Shown here: piece by piece, positions 17,692 to 25,733 of the stretch
Numbering within the stretch: position 1 is the first letter of the stretch
Layout of the letters: each line of letters opens with the position of its first letter
Assembly (NCBI GenBank): GCA_050730875.1
Contig: JBOHNX010000002.1
Span: 2,894-66,893 of the forward strand
Reading direction: 5' to 3'
Source: Candidatus Saccharimonadales bacterium
GTDB taxonomy: Bacteria > Patescibacteriota > Saccharimonadia > Saccharimonadales > EFPC-124
DNA length: 64,000 nucleotides
Program-made: the position numbers and the translations under genes
The notes under the pieces: model-generated
Database searches by the model: none
What the model was told of the DNA's origin: nothing
Seen by the model: the letters and a program-made list of their open reading frames with translations, nothing else

Positions 17692-20139
17692 TTAACCTTC
17701 AATTTTCTTAATGATAGCAGCTAGGTTGATCCCTTTGCCAACTACCGGCTTCCATAAATCACCCACACGCTTAAGCCGCGTTGGCGTGTTTTTGATAGTG
17801 AAATCGGTCGGTTTTAGTTTCGGAGTTACTTCGTCCCAATGCAGCGGCATCGATACCGTGGCATCTGGTGTTGGGCGCAAACTATATGGCGCGGCCAGCG
17901 TTTGGCCTTCGCGATTCTGCAAAAAGTCTACATAGATTTTGTGCTGTCGTTTTTTTGGCATACGTTCTACACTGGTGATTTTCGGTTGACGCCTATTTAT
18001 TTCGATCGCAATGAGGTGAGCAAGATTTTTGCATTGTTCGTGCGTGTACTTTGCACCCGCCGGAATGTACACATGCAGGCCGGTTTTGCCCGATGTCTTG
18101 GGGTACGTTGGTATCTTCCATTCGTCGCACACCGCTTTTACTGTATGTGCGACTTCCACTACTTTTTTAAACGAAACGCCCTCTGGATCGAGGTCTATCA
18201 CAATCCAGTCCGGGTTATCCAAATGGCCAACGCGTGAATTCCAGGGGTTAATTTCGACACAGCCAAGTTGCACCATGTACAGCAACGTATCTAAATTATC
18301 GCTTACAATCCAACGAATGTTTGCGTTGTTGGACTGGGAAAAAATATCGGCGTGCGGCACCCAATCTGGCAAATGCTCATTATTTTTCTGGAAGAACGAC
18401 TCGCCTTTAACGCCGTTTGGCATGCGGTTGAGCGAGCACGCACGGGCCTTAATGTACGGCAGAATGTACTCGGCAATCGAGCGATAGTAATCGGCGATAT
18501 CGCCTTTCGTATATTTGTGTTTCGGGAAGAAAACCTTATCGGCGTGAGTGAACTCAAACGGTAAGTCACCTGGGTTGCCAGGGCTTTTTTTCGGCACAAC
18601 TGCTTTTGGTTTTTCGCGGTGGATGTCTTTTGCATTTTTGTCTGGCCGTAAGCCTTCAAATTGTGGTTGGCGCATATACCCTTCTTTCGTCCATTCGCTA
18701 AAACTCATCTCACATACCAGCTCTGGCTTCACCCAGTGCACTGGCGCATTTGGTTTGGGTTCAACTTTAAATGGCGATTGTTTACGTTCACGCTTAGCCA
18801 GCTTGTCTCGCAGCAACCGCCGTTGATCGTCAGGAATACCACCGCCAGAATGGCCGACGTAGTGCAACTCGCCTTTTTCGTAGACGCCCACTACCAGCGA
18901 TCCAAGGTATTTTCGTCCACCGCGTGGCTCGGTGTAGCCGCCGATTACAACTTCTTGTCGCAAGTGTGTTTTCATCTTTAGCCATTCCCTGCCACGCACA
19001 TTTTCGCGGTAGGGACTGTCTGCCTTCTTGGCAACCATACCCTCTAAATGACGCTCTCTCATTTCTTCAAAAAGCGCGACGCCCTTTGTTTCTACGTGGT
19101 CGCTATAGCGAAGCACATCGTTCTTTGGCAAAATGCTTTTTAGTAACTTTTTACGTTCAGTTAAGGGCATGGTTCCGAGGTCCCGACCATCGCACCACAA
19201 GATATCAAACAAAAAATAATGGAGCGTACCGTGCGGGCCGCGGTGCCAGTTTTGCAGCCATTCAAAACGGGCGGTGCCATTTTCGTCCACCACCACAATT
19301 TCGCCATCGACAATTACATCGTGTTTAAACGCACGCATGGCTTCGGCAACGGGAGGATACTTGGCGGTAAAGTCGAGGTCGTTACGCGAATAAAGTTCGA
19401 TGTCATCTTTGCGTTTGCTACCGATAGCGCGGTAGCCATCCCACTTAATTTCGAAAAGCCAGCCAACTCTATCGAACGGCTCTTCGACCAATGTGCAGAG
19501 CATTGGCTTCACCATCCAGAGCTTAGCTTTTTTTGGATAATCAGAGAGGTCCGGCAGCTTGTTCTTCGCGCCAAGCTCGTCGACTTTCTTGTGGCTTTTA
19601 ACCGATTCGTCCTGCTTGGTTATGTCTTCTTTTGATGCGAATTCATCACCTTTTTTAACAAGCAGCCATGCGTCTTCATCCGTGGCGTTATGCATTTTTA
19701 TGAGCGCGAATTCACCCTTTAGTTTTTTGCCATGCAGAATAAAGGTCAAATGGCCCTTTTTCAGTTCTTTCCGTAAGGTTTTTTCGCTGTCTGCAGGGTC
19801 ACCTTTACGGGCAACGTAGCTACCTTCGTCCCAAATAATCACGTTGCCGGCGCCGTAGTTGCCTTCCGGAATGACCCCTTCGAACTTTCGGTATTCGTAC
19901 GGGTGATCTTCGGTCCGGATTGCCAAATGGTGCTCGTGCGGGTCAAGGCTTGGGCCTTTTGGCACAGCCCAGCTTTTTAGCACGCCATCGAGCTCTAACC
20001 GGAAATCATAATGCAGTCGCGAAGCGTGATGTTCTTGCACGACGAACGCCAGTTTTTTGCTTTTGGTATGCTTGAGCTTACCTTTTGGTTCGGGAGTTTC
20101 TTTGAAGGATCGTTTCTTAAAATACTTCCCGAGGCCCAT
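17692..20139 (-). CDS. ligD: multifunctional NHEJ ligase LigD (phosphoesterase - ligase - polymerase order)
   Basis: PE domain FVVQEHHASRLHYDFRLELDGVLKSWAVPKGPS; ligase adenylation motif EIKWDGYR; C-terminal primase-polymerase domain (VIDLDP, LHVYIP). Confidence 0.9.
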   Translation of the reverse strand: MGLGKYFKKRSFKETPEPKGKLKHTKSKKLAFVVQEHHASRLHYDFRLELDGVLKSWAVPKGPSLDPHEHHLAIRTEDHPYEYRKFEGVIPEGNYGAGNVIIWDEGSYVARKGDPADSEKTLRKELKKGHLTFILHGKKLKGEFALIKMHNATDEDAWLLVKKGDEFASKEDITKQDESVKSHKKVDELGAKNKLPDLSDYPKKAKLWMVKPMLCTLVEEPFDRVGWLFEIKWDGYRAIGSKRKDDIELYSRNDLDFTAKYPPVAEAMRAFKHDVIVDGEIVVVDENGTARFEWLQNWHRGPHGTLHYFLFDILWCDGRDLGTMPLTERKKLLKSILPKNDVLRYSDHVETKGVALFEEMRERHLEGMVAKKADSPYRENVRGREWLKMKTHLRQEVVIGGYTEPRGGRKYLGSLVVGVYEKGELHYVGHSGGGIPDDQRRLLRDKLAKRERKQSPFKVEPKPNAPVHWVKPELVCEMSFSEWTKEGYMRQPQFEGLRPDKNAKDIHREKPKAVVPKKSPGNPGDLPFEFTHADKVFFPKHKYTKGDIADYYRSIAEYILPYIKARACSLNRMPNGVKGESFFQKNNEHLPDWVPHADIFSQSNNANIRWIVSDNLDTLLYMVQLGCVEINPWNSRVGHLDNPDWIVIDLDPEGVSFKKVVEVAHTVKAVCDEWKIPTYPKTSGKTGLHVYIPAGAKYTHEQCKNLAHLIAIEINRRQPKITSVERMPKKRQHKIYVDFLQNREGQTLAAPYSLRPTPDATVSMPLHWDEVTPKLKPTDFTIKNTPTRLKRVGDLWKPVVGKGINLAAIIKKIEG

Positions 20140-20142
20140 GGC

Positions 20143-20907
20143 CTATTCCTTTAAGCTCGCCTTAAGGGCAGACATAAGATCTTTCGAGGTCGTGGCTTTT
20201 GGTGCTTTGCCGCCCTTTTTTGGTTTTTTGCCCTTTGTTTTTGCTTTAATCATTTCTTCGAGTTCTTCGGTGTAGGTATCGCGCAAGTCTTCAGCAATGA
20301 ACGGCTTTGTTTCTTGGCGAACCAACTTCACTGCCATTTCTAACTCTTTGGCAGTCACTTCCTTATCTGTTGGTAGATTAAGTTCGCCTGGCTCGCGCAA
20401 GTCTGACGGATAGCGCATTTGGTTGAGTACCAAGGCACGTCCGAGCGGCTTAATAACTGCTATATGTTCGCGCTCATGCAGCACAAACTTAGCCAGCGCA
20501 AGCTTGCCGGATTTTTGCAGAGCACTGCGCAAAAGCGCATAGGCCTTATCGCCGCCTTTTACAACTTCTAGATAATACGGCTTTTCAAAATAACGAATAT
20601 CGATATCGCCAATGTCGACAAATTGCTGGATATCGATTGTCTGTGTTCTCTTAACATCCAGACTCTCAAGCTCTTTTTGTGTCAGTACAACGTAGTCACC
20701 ATCTTGGTATTCGTACCCTTTGACGATATCGTTCCATGGAATTTCCTCGCCATCTTTGCGGCAAATGCGCGCGTAGCGAATTGGCGCGTGGTCTTCCTTG
20801 TGCAGCATGTCGAGGTCAATGCCCTCGCGCGGATTCACCGCGCTGTACATGCGCACTGGGATGTTAATAAGTCCAAAGCTGATTGATCCGTTCCAGATTG
20901 CCCTCAT
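20143..20907 (-). CDS. ku: Ku protein, copy 2, with Lys-rich C-terminal tail
   Basis: MRAIWNGSISFGLINIPVRMYSA begins at the internal ATG at 20907 of the 490-aa ORF. The tail is KAKTKGKKPKKGGKAPK. The gene ends 3 nt before ligD. Confidence 0.9.
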   Translation of the reverse strand: MRAIWNGSISFGLINIPVRMYSAVNPREGIDLDMLHKEDHAPIRYARICRKDGEEIPWNDIVKGYEYQDGDYVVLTQKELESLDVKRTQTIDIQQFVDIGDIDIRYFEKPYYLEVVKGGDKAYALLRSALQKSGKLALAKFVLHEREHIAVIKPLGRALVLNQMRYPSDLREPGELNLPTDKEVTAKELEMAVKLVRQETKPFIAEDLRDTYTEELEEMIKAKTKGKKPKKGGKAPKATTSKDLMSALKASLKE

Positions 20908-21040
20908 ACTACTTATGGTACCAGAGTTTCCATCAACGAAAAAAGCTTTCGGCAAGCCAAAAGCTGAAGTAGACCAGAAGCGCAGTTTGGATGGGGCGAG
21001 GTTGAACGCCCCGCCCCATCCGTACAACCGTTCAGGCAGA

Positions 21041-21615
21041 TTAACGCTCCACCCGGTTGTACCATTTCCAGAATGGCACGCCATACTTCCAATGGCGAGC
21101 CAGCACGTTGGCGGCGTGGTAGCGCTGGTTTTCGGTAGTCCCGAAAGACACCCTAGTCTCAATGGTATCGGCCATGGCGCCAAAGCTTTGGCCCAGCAGC
21201 AAATGCCGCTGCATAAGCCTTGCCCAACGGATCGCAAAGTCAACGATCGAATCGTTGTACGCTTCGCGGAGCATTGTTTCGGCCAACTTCCATTCGTCGG
21301 GATGTGTCGGCTTGAACTCCGGCGGCTGACAATCTCCTTCTCGAGTTCTTGGCGCCGCCGTAAAAGATTCGGCTTATCCCTTAGCTTCATCTTTTCTTCC
21401 TGCCGCCGCCAGTCTGCTAGCACGTGCTGCATGTCCGAACTCGCCTCGACGCTCGTCTTCTGCTGATTGTGTTCAAACTGAACATCCGCTTCGAGGTTGA
21501 AGGCGAGCCGAACGGCATCGCGGAGACCATTTTCAACGTTAGCATCCGGCCGCAGCCGGACACTGTAGTGATGTGGACCCTTCTTCCTGATTCGAGTCAG
21601 ATTAGGGTACTGCAT
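21041..21615 (-). pseudogene. hypothetical gene interrupted by a -1 frame change near 21314-21330
   Basis: The protein-like reading MQYPNL...RRRQELEKEIVS continues only in another frame (PPEFKPTHPDEWKLAETMLREAYNDSIVDFAIRWARLMQ...WYNRVER*). In the original frame the text degrades to Cys/Trp/Ser/Arg-rich junk until the Ku start. Confidence 0.5.
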
Positions 21616-21826
21616 GGCTTCCTCCAGAAAATATGGGAACAGCTCGGACTTTCTGGTCTACATGTCAAAAAAATACGCCTTCGGAGCGATCTCGACGAAG
21701 GTAAAAGTAATCATACCACAAAGCCATAAAAGAGCTAGGGGAAAGGCCCGAGGCCCAGGGAATCGAGGTGTGGTATGTCTACCGTGACAAAAAGACTCCA
21801 AAGACTCCTTGGTAGAGCCATGAATT

Positions 21827-22363
21827 TTAAGAAAGATATTCTTCTAGTTCAGAGCTTGCTAATGTTAGGTTATTGATTCTCTCAGGTAGCTGTCTTTGCA
21901 AGACAGCTAAATCGGCTTCATCATTGCCAGTGAGTTTCATAGAAGCGGTTAGCTCTTCAAGTGCCCTAGCAATTTTAGCATTTCCGCACCCCACAACAAG
22001 CTGTCCATCTTTTATTCTTATATTCCATGAGTAGCCCCGGTCATCCACCATGTAATTCCCACTCAATACCCAGTACGAAGGATAAAAGTTACCACTTAGG
22101 TAGTCGCTAACTATCTTTTTAAATCTTTCAAGTGCTTCAACATGGTCAGTGCCAGAAAAGAAAGGGTCAAGTTCGTCAAACATAACTCCCGTGTGTACTT
22201 CGGCTAGCATTAGATTTTTTGGCTGAGTGTAATCAGGGTAATACCTTATTCCAGTTGCATACAACTTCTTCTCAATATCCTCAGGGCTTAGATTTTCAGC
22301 ATCGTCAATAATTGCCTGGCAGGCATGAGCGTATGCTTTATCAATAGGATCGTCAGTAACCAT
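21827..22363 (-). CDS. hypothetical protein (low-GC)
   Basis: 178-aa ORF, no motif recognised. By eye about 38-40% GC. Confidence 0.5.
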   Translation of the reverse strand: MVTDDPIDKAYAHACQAIIDDAENLSPEDIEKKLYATGIRYYPDYTQPKNLMLAEVHTGVMFDELDPFFSGTDHVEALERFKKIVSDYLSGNFYPSYWVLSGNYMVDDRGYSWNIRIKDGQLVVGCGNAKIARALEELTASMKLTGNDEADLAVLQRQLPERINNLTLASSELEEYLS

Positions 22364-22645
22364 AACTACATGATAACAAAAGAGCCATTTATCGCTCTCT
22401 TGGTCTAGTATTCTACGGTGGCCCTTAAGGTATTACTTGTACTTTCCTGCAATTCGCTAGTGGGTTGGGCATTATCTGGACCAGGATAAGCGTCAGAACC
22501 GTCAGGGGCTCGAATCTTTTTAACAGACAAAAAGTGCCTCTCCAATTTGAGAGGCATAGGCACGAACTAAAATCACATCTGAATGTATATTATTAGAGGG
22601 CCATAGTGGTTGCTATCGCAACTAGAGTGATGGCCACGGACAGTA

Positions 22646-23455
22646 TTGTATAATCGCTTCATGACAGCCACCAAAGGATCAAGCGGCTTTGAATATAGAA
22701 ACAAGCAAGATGAGTCTCCCTTTGAAACCTTCTTAAGATACACGAATCAAAAAGAGGCCTCATCCAAACAACTCTCTAAAATCCTTCAAACCCTTAATAG
22801 TGAATCCAAGATTTTAGATATTGGCACGGGCAACGGCGAGTATCTAAGACTCACCCTATCTCAGCTAAAAGATACTGAGAATATTCATCTTACCTTGATA
22901 GAGCCTAGCATAGACCTGGTGAAGCAACTTGAAAATCGATTTAAAAATACACTTCCAAAAGACAACGTTACAATTATCCATTCCGATTTAGATAGCTTTT
23001 CGAGTAATGAAAGATTTGATGCAGTCATTGCCGCTCATCTTTTCTACCATATTCCTCGCTCTGAGTGGCCTCGACAGTTAGAAAAGGTGATGTCACTCTT
23101 GAAACCCGAAGGCAAACTGATTATTGTCCTTCGCGATAAGGATGATGCATACAACTTTAAGATGAAGTTTAAACCACTCCTTTCGGATAAGCCCTTCTCG
23201 GCAATGACCATTAACGATGTTATATCGGTGCTTCCGAATCTCAATAAGTTGAACGTTACTCAATACTCAAGTGAATCTGAATTAAAGATTCCAATTAATA
23301 ATACGGATGACACAGAATCTATTATAGAATTCTATCTCAATGAGCAATGGCAAGATATTCCAATTGCTATTCAGCAACAAGCGCTCGATTTCATTAATAG
23401 TAAGCACGGCGTGTTTAAACAAGTCGATGGTATAACTGTGATAGAAAAACGTTAA
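22646..23455 (+). CDS. class I SAM-dependent methyltransferase (low-GC)
   Basis: Motif I ILDIGTGNGEY and motif post-I LIEPS. Confidence 0.75.
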   Translation: MYNRFMTATKGSSGFEYRNKQDESPFETFLRYTNQKEASSKQLSKILQTLNSESKILDIGTGNGEYLRLTLSQLKDTENIHLTLIEPSIDLVKQLENRFKNTLPKDNVTIIHSDLDSFSSNERFDAVIAAHLFYHIPRSEWPRQLEKVMSLLKPEGKLIIVLRDKDDAYNFKMKFKPLLSDKPFSAMTINDVISVLPNLNKLNVTQYSSESELKIPINNTDDTESIIEFYLNEQWQDIPIAIQQQALDFINSKHGVFKQVDGITVIEKR

Positions 23456-23476
23456 ATAGATATACTTTTCCATAAC

Positions 23477-23500
23477 AAAAGACTTCCGAGAAGTCTTTTT
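23477..23500. terminator. bidirectional intrinsic terminator hairpin
   Basis: AAAAGACTTC-CGA-GAAGTCTTTT with T-runs on both strands. It follows both the methyltransferase gene and the tRNA-Lys 3'-end copy. Confidence 0.5.
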
Positions 23501-23515
23501 TGTGTAATAAATTCT

Positions 23516-23702
23516 TGGAGGGCCATCTGGGGCTCGTTCATTTCTGGCTCACTCCAGCTAAAGCTTCCGTTCGGCTTAACGAGGATTCTTCGGACTGCCG
23601 CTGGCAGCCCTCAACCCAAGGACACCTAAAGGTGTCTTGGGCAAGCCTAGAAGATCATGCCATAGAAAAAGGACCTACGCTAAAAGGTAGGTCTTTTTTC
23701 TA
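23516..23702 (-). repeat. tRNA-associated miniature element, copy A (ends in 21-nt copy of the tRNA-Lys 3' end)
   Basis: 23516-23536 is identical to 23703-23723. There is an internal terminator hairpin at 23666-23699, a conserved 49-nt core at 23547-23595 and a hairpin at 23592-23610. Confidence 0.7.
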
Positions 23703-23779
23703 TGGAGGGCCATCTGGGGCTCGAACCCAGGACACCCTGCTTAAGAGGCAGGTGCTCTAACCAGCTGAGCTAATGGCCC
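23703..23779 (-). tRNA. tRNA-Lys (anticodon CTT), CCA encoded
   Basis: Manual cloverleaf: GGGCCAT/TA/GCTC..GAGC/A/CCTGC-CTCTTAA-GCAGG/GTGTC/CTGGG-TTCGAGC-CCCAG/ATGGCCC/T/CCA. Confidence 0.95.
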
Positions 23780-23864
23780 AAACATTACTCGAACGGATAA
23801 AATTGTATACTAATTTACCTCTGTTGTAAACCGGTTATAATAAAAGCAGTTATAAGGAGCTACC

Positions 23865-24116
23865 ATGGCAGACGCTAAGCCTCAATCAAAACCATACCAA
23901 CGTAATTACTTTATCGCTTTGGTTTTAAGCATTTTTGTAGGGGAATTCGGGATTGACCGCTTTTACATGGGTAAAATCGGCACGGGCATACTCAAGCTGC
24001 TCACCTTTGGCGGCCTGGGTATCTGGTGGATTATCGACATTGTGTTGATTGCCACTGGTGAAATGCGCGACAAAAATGGCAAGCGCTTAACGCGCGATTT
24101 TAACCTTCCCGGGTAA
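23865..24116 (+). CDS. TM2 domain membrane protein
   Basis: FVGEFGIDRFYMGKIGTGILKLLTFGGLGIWWIIDIVLI is a typical TM2 domain. Confidence 0.8.
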   Translation: MADAKPQSKPYQRNYFIALVLSIFVGEFGIDRFYMGKIGTGILKLLTFGGLGIWWIIDIVLIATGEMRDKNGKRLTRDFNLPG

Positions 24117-24383
24117 TTCCACTTCCATTTCGTCAATATAGCACCACTTAAAACGGTGTTTGGTTTTGTAACCTCGCATTATCGGGTGCCCGACTGTTTT
24201 GAAGTGTTTCGTTGCATGCTTGTTTTTAGAGCTATCGCAGCAGCCAATATGACCACAGGTCAAGCACATGCGGAGACTTACCCAAGTGTCCCCCAGTGCT
24301 AAGCACTCCTCGCAACCATTTGGTGTTTTTGGCTTAACGCCTTCTTTAATCAAACCGATGTGTGTGCATTGTTTTTGTGCCAT
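24087..24383 (-). CDS. UBP-type zinc finger protein
   Basis: CEECLALGDTWVSLRMCLTCGHIGCCDSSKNKHATKHF shows the Cys/His pattern of zf-UBP. Confidence 0.75.
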   Translation of the reverse strand: MAQKQCTHIGLIKEGVKPKTPNGCEECLALGDTWVSLRMCLTCGHIGCCDSSKNKHATKHFKTVGHPIMRGYKTKHRFKWCYIDEMEVELPGKVKIAR

Positions 24384-24392
24384 GGTTTTATT

Positions 24393-24602
24393 TTAATCGA
24401 ATATCTTGGCCTGGCTACGTAATTTAATTTCTTCGGTAATCATTTGGGCATGTTTTTTCTCGTCTTCCAGGATCTTTTTGAGCGTATCTACGCTATGGCA
24501 CTTCACTTCTTCCGCGTCCTTGATATAGTGATTCTCGAGCTGCCACACAATATCAAGCGTTTGGTGCAATAATTTCACCAAATCGTAATTGATATCTTTC
24601 AT
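24393..24602 (-). CDS. hypothetical small helical protein
   Basis: 69-aa ORF directly upstream of the zf-UBP gene on the same strand. Confidence 0.45.
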   Translation of the reverse strand: MKDINYDLVKLLHQTLDIVWQLENHYIKDAEEVKCHSVDTLKKILEDEKKHAQMITEEIKLRSQAKIFD

Positions 24603-24705
24603 AGATACCTCCCACCTAATTAGTTAAACGCACTCAGTATATAAATTGCTGCGCTATAAATATGCCGAAAATCTCACATTCAGAGATCTAGGTCGGCAAC
24701 TTGTT

Positions 24706-24804
24706 TTAGTAATTCAGAGTGGTAATCCAATCAAACCCGATTATAAAAGCCAGGCCTGCAAGAATTACAAGTAAGAGGATAACGGTGCGCTGCCATTCTT
24801 TCAT
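24706..24804 (-). CDS. possible 32-aa single-TM peptide coupled to the sortase gene
   Basis: Not in the ORF track (<60 aa). Its ATG overlaps the sortase stop (ATGA). Sequence: MKEWQRTVILLLVILAGLAFIIGFDWITTLNY. Confidence 0.3.
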   Translation of the reverse strand: MKEWQRTVILLLVILAGLAFIIGFDWITTLNY

Positions 24805-25385
24805 GGTGCGGTCTCCATAAGTTGTGCTTGTACGACTAAGCGCCGCTCAGACGTCCACAAAGGTGTACATGTATACAAGGTCAGCAAAGGCTCATCAGTA
24901 TCCGCTTCTATTTCAACTGCCGTAGGTTTTACTTCTTTTATAGCGGTCACCTTATAGCTATAACGAGCCTTGTCCCAATATACGATAATTTCGTCACCCT
25001 GGCTCATTTTATCTAGATGATAAAAGGGTGTCTTTTCGCGGTACGCAAACCTGTGGCCAGCTAATACAGTGTTGCCCCCTATATCTGGGGTGCTAGTTTG
25101 TGGACGTCGCCAAACGCCCAATGCCAGTGTTTTCGCACTCTCCCCTTCATATATCTGGGTTTCGAGATTAAGTTTAGGAATAACTAGGGTGCTCTTGTCT
25201 GGAAAGTTAGCAGGATCTGCTTTTGACTCTATAGATTTTACTGCGTTTACTCCGGTTTGGGCGGTCACCCAAAAAGTAAACTGCGGCAGCAAGGGCATTA
25301 GTAAAATATACACGCCAAGCAGCACGGCAATTCCAGTTAAGAAGTCGTTGAACCGACGTAAGCTAAATGACAGCTTATTCTTCAT
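24801..25385 (-). CDS. sortase (class E-like)
   Basis: TM anchor, catalytic His in LAGHR, Cys in TLYTCTP, Arg in RRLVV. ATG at 25385 is preferred over 25424. Confidence 0.8.
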   Translation of the reverse strand: MKNKLSFSLRRFNDFLTGIAVLLGVYILLMPLLPQFTFWVTAQTGVNAVKSIESKADPANFPDKSTLVIPKLNLETQIYEGESAKTLALGVWRRPQTSTPDIGGNTVLAGHRFAYREKTPFYHLDKMSQGDEIIVYWDKARYSYKVTAIKEVKPTAVEIEADTDEPLLTLYTCTPLWTSERRLVVQAQLMETAP

Positions 25386-25509
25386 ATCGAAAAATATTTT
25401 ATATCTGTTGTCAAGGATATGCAAGCGTAAGCATAATAATAAATATACTTGTTTATTTGTAAATATTAGTGTATAAGTAAATCATTCATCTTAAGGAATG
25501 GAGTCTCAA

Positions 25510-25677
25510 ATGAGTGTAGATAGCCCAATTCTCGGCATCTCTACAGTCGCTGGCCTTGGTGGTGGTGCAGCATCTGTATTAGCTGACACCGGCAACCCAT
25601 TGCTGGTTGGCGTGGTAGTTGGCGCCCTAATGCTTATTGTATTAGGTTTCGTAACTCGCGCAGCACAACAGCGCTAA
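25510..25677 (+). CDS. 55-aa protein consisting almost only of a LAXTG-type sorting signal
   Basis: Not in the ORF track (<60 aa). AAGGAATGGAG RBS. Sequence: MSVDSPILGISTVAGLGGGAASV-LADTG-NPLLVGVVVGALMLIVLGFV-TRAAQQR (motif + hydrophobic span + basic tail). Confidence 0.5.
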   Translation: MSVDSPILGISTVAGLGGGAASVLADTGNPLLVGVVVGALMLIVLGFVTRAAQQR

Positions 25678-25733
25678 ACAATTTGGTAAAAGGGTGTTGA
25701 GAGGGAACGCCGTTCCCTCTTTATTTTTTAGAC

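Noticed and set aside
20143-21615. 490-aa ORF that would be a Ku protein with a 236-aa N-terminal extension
   Set aside because: The Ku homology starts at the internal MRAIWNGSISFG (20907). Residues about 100-236 are Cys/Trp/Ser/Arg-rich out-of-frame-looking text, and an alternative frame is protein-like. I interpret it as Ku plus an upstream frameshifted gene.
22593-22609. Possible third, degenerate copy of the tRNA-Lys 3' end (TTAGAGGGCCATAGTGG vs TTGGAGGGCCATCTGGG) that would delimit the methyltransferase gene as an island
   Set aside because: Only a 9-mer (GAGGGCCAT) is exact. A 9-mer match is expected by chance about once per 64 kb on two strands, so it is insufficient evidence.
23516-23536. 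Reading the tRNA-complementary 18-21-mers (TGG...) as retroelement primer-binding sites for tRNA-Lys, His and Pro
   Set aside because: No reverse transcriptase, LTR-like repeat or polypurine tract is present. A genomic duplication of a CCA-encoding tRNA 3' end explains the same sequence more simply.
23500-23760. 86-aa ORF over the tRNA-Lys element. Analogous ORFs are 33446..33757, 33502..33747, 43114..43515 and 45152..45421/45207..45389.
   Set aside because: They run through tRNA genes or their copies. The conserved stretch between copies changes amino acids at every nucleotide difference. None has an RBS. I treat them as noncoding repeat elements.
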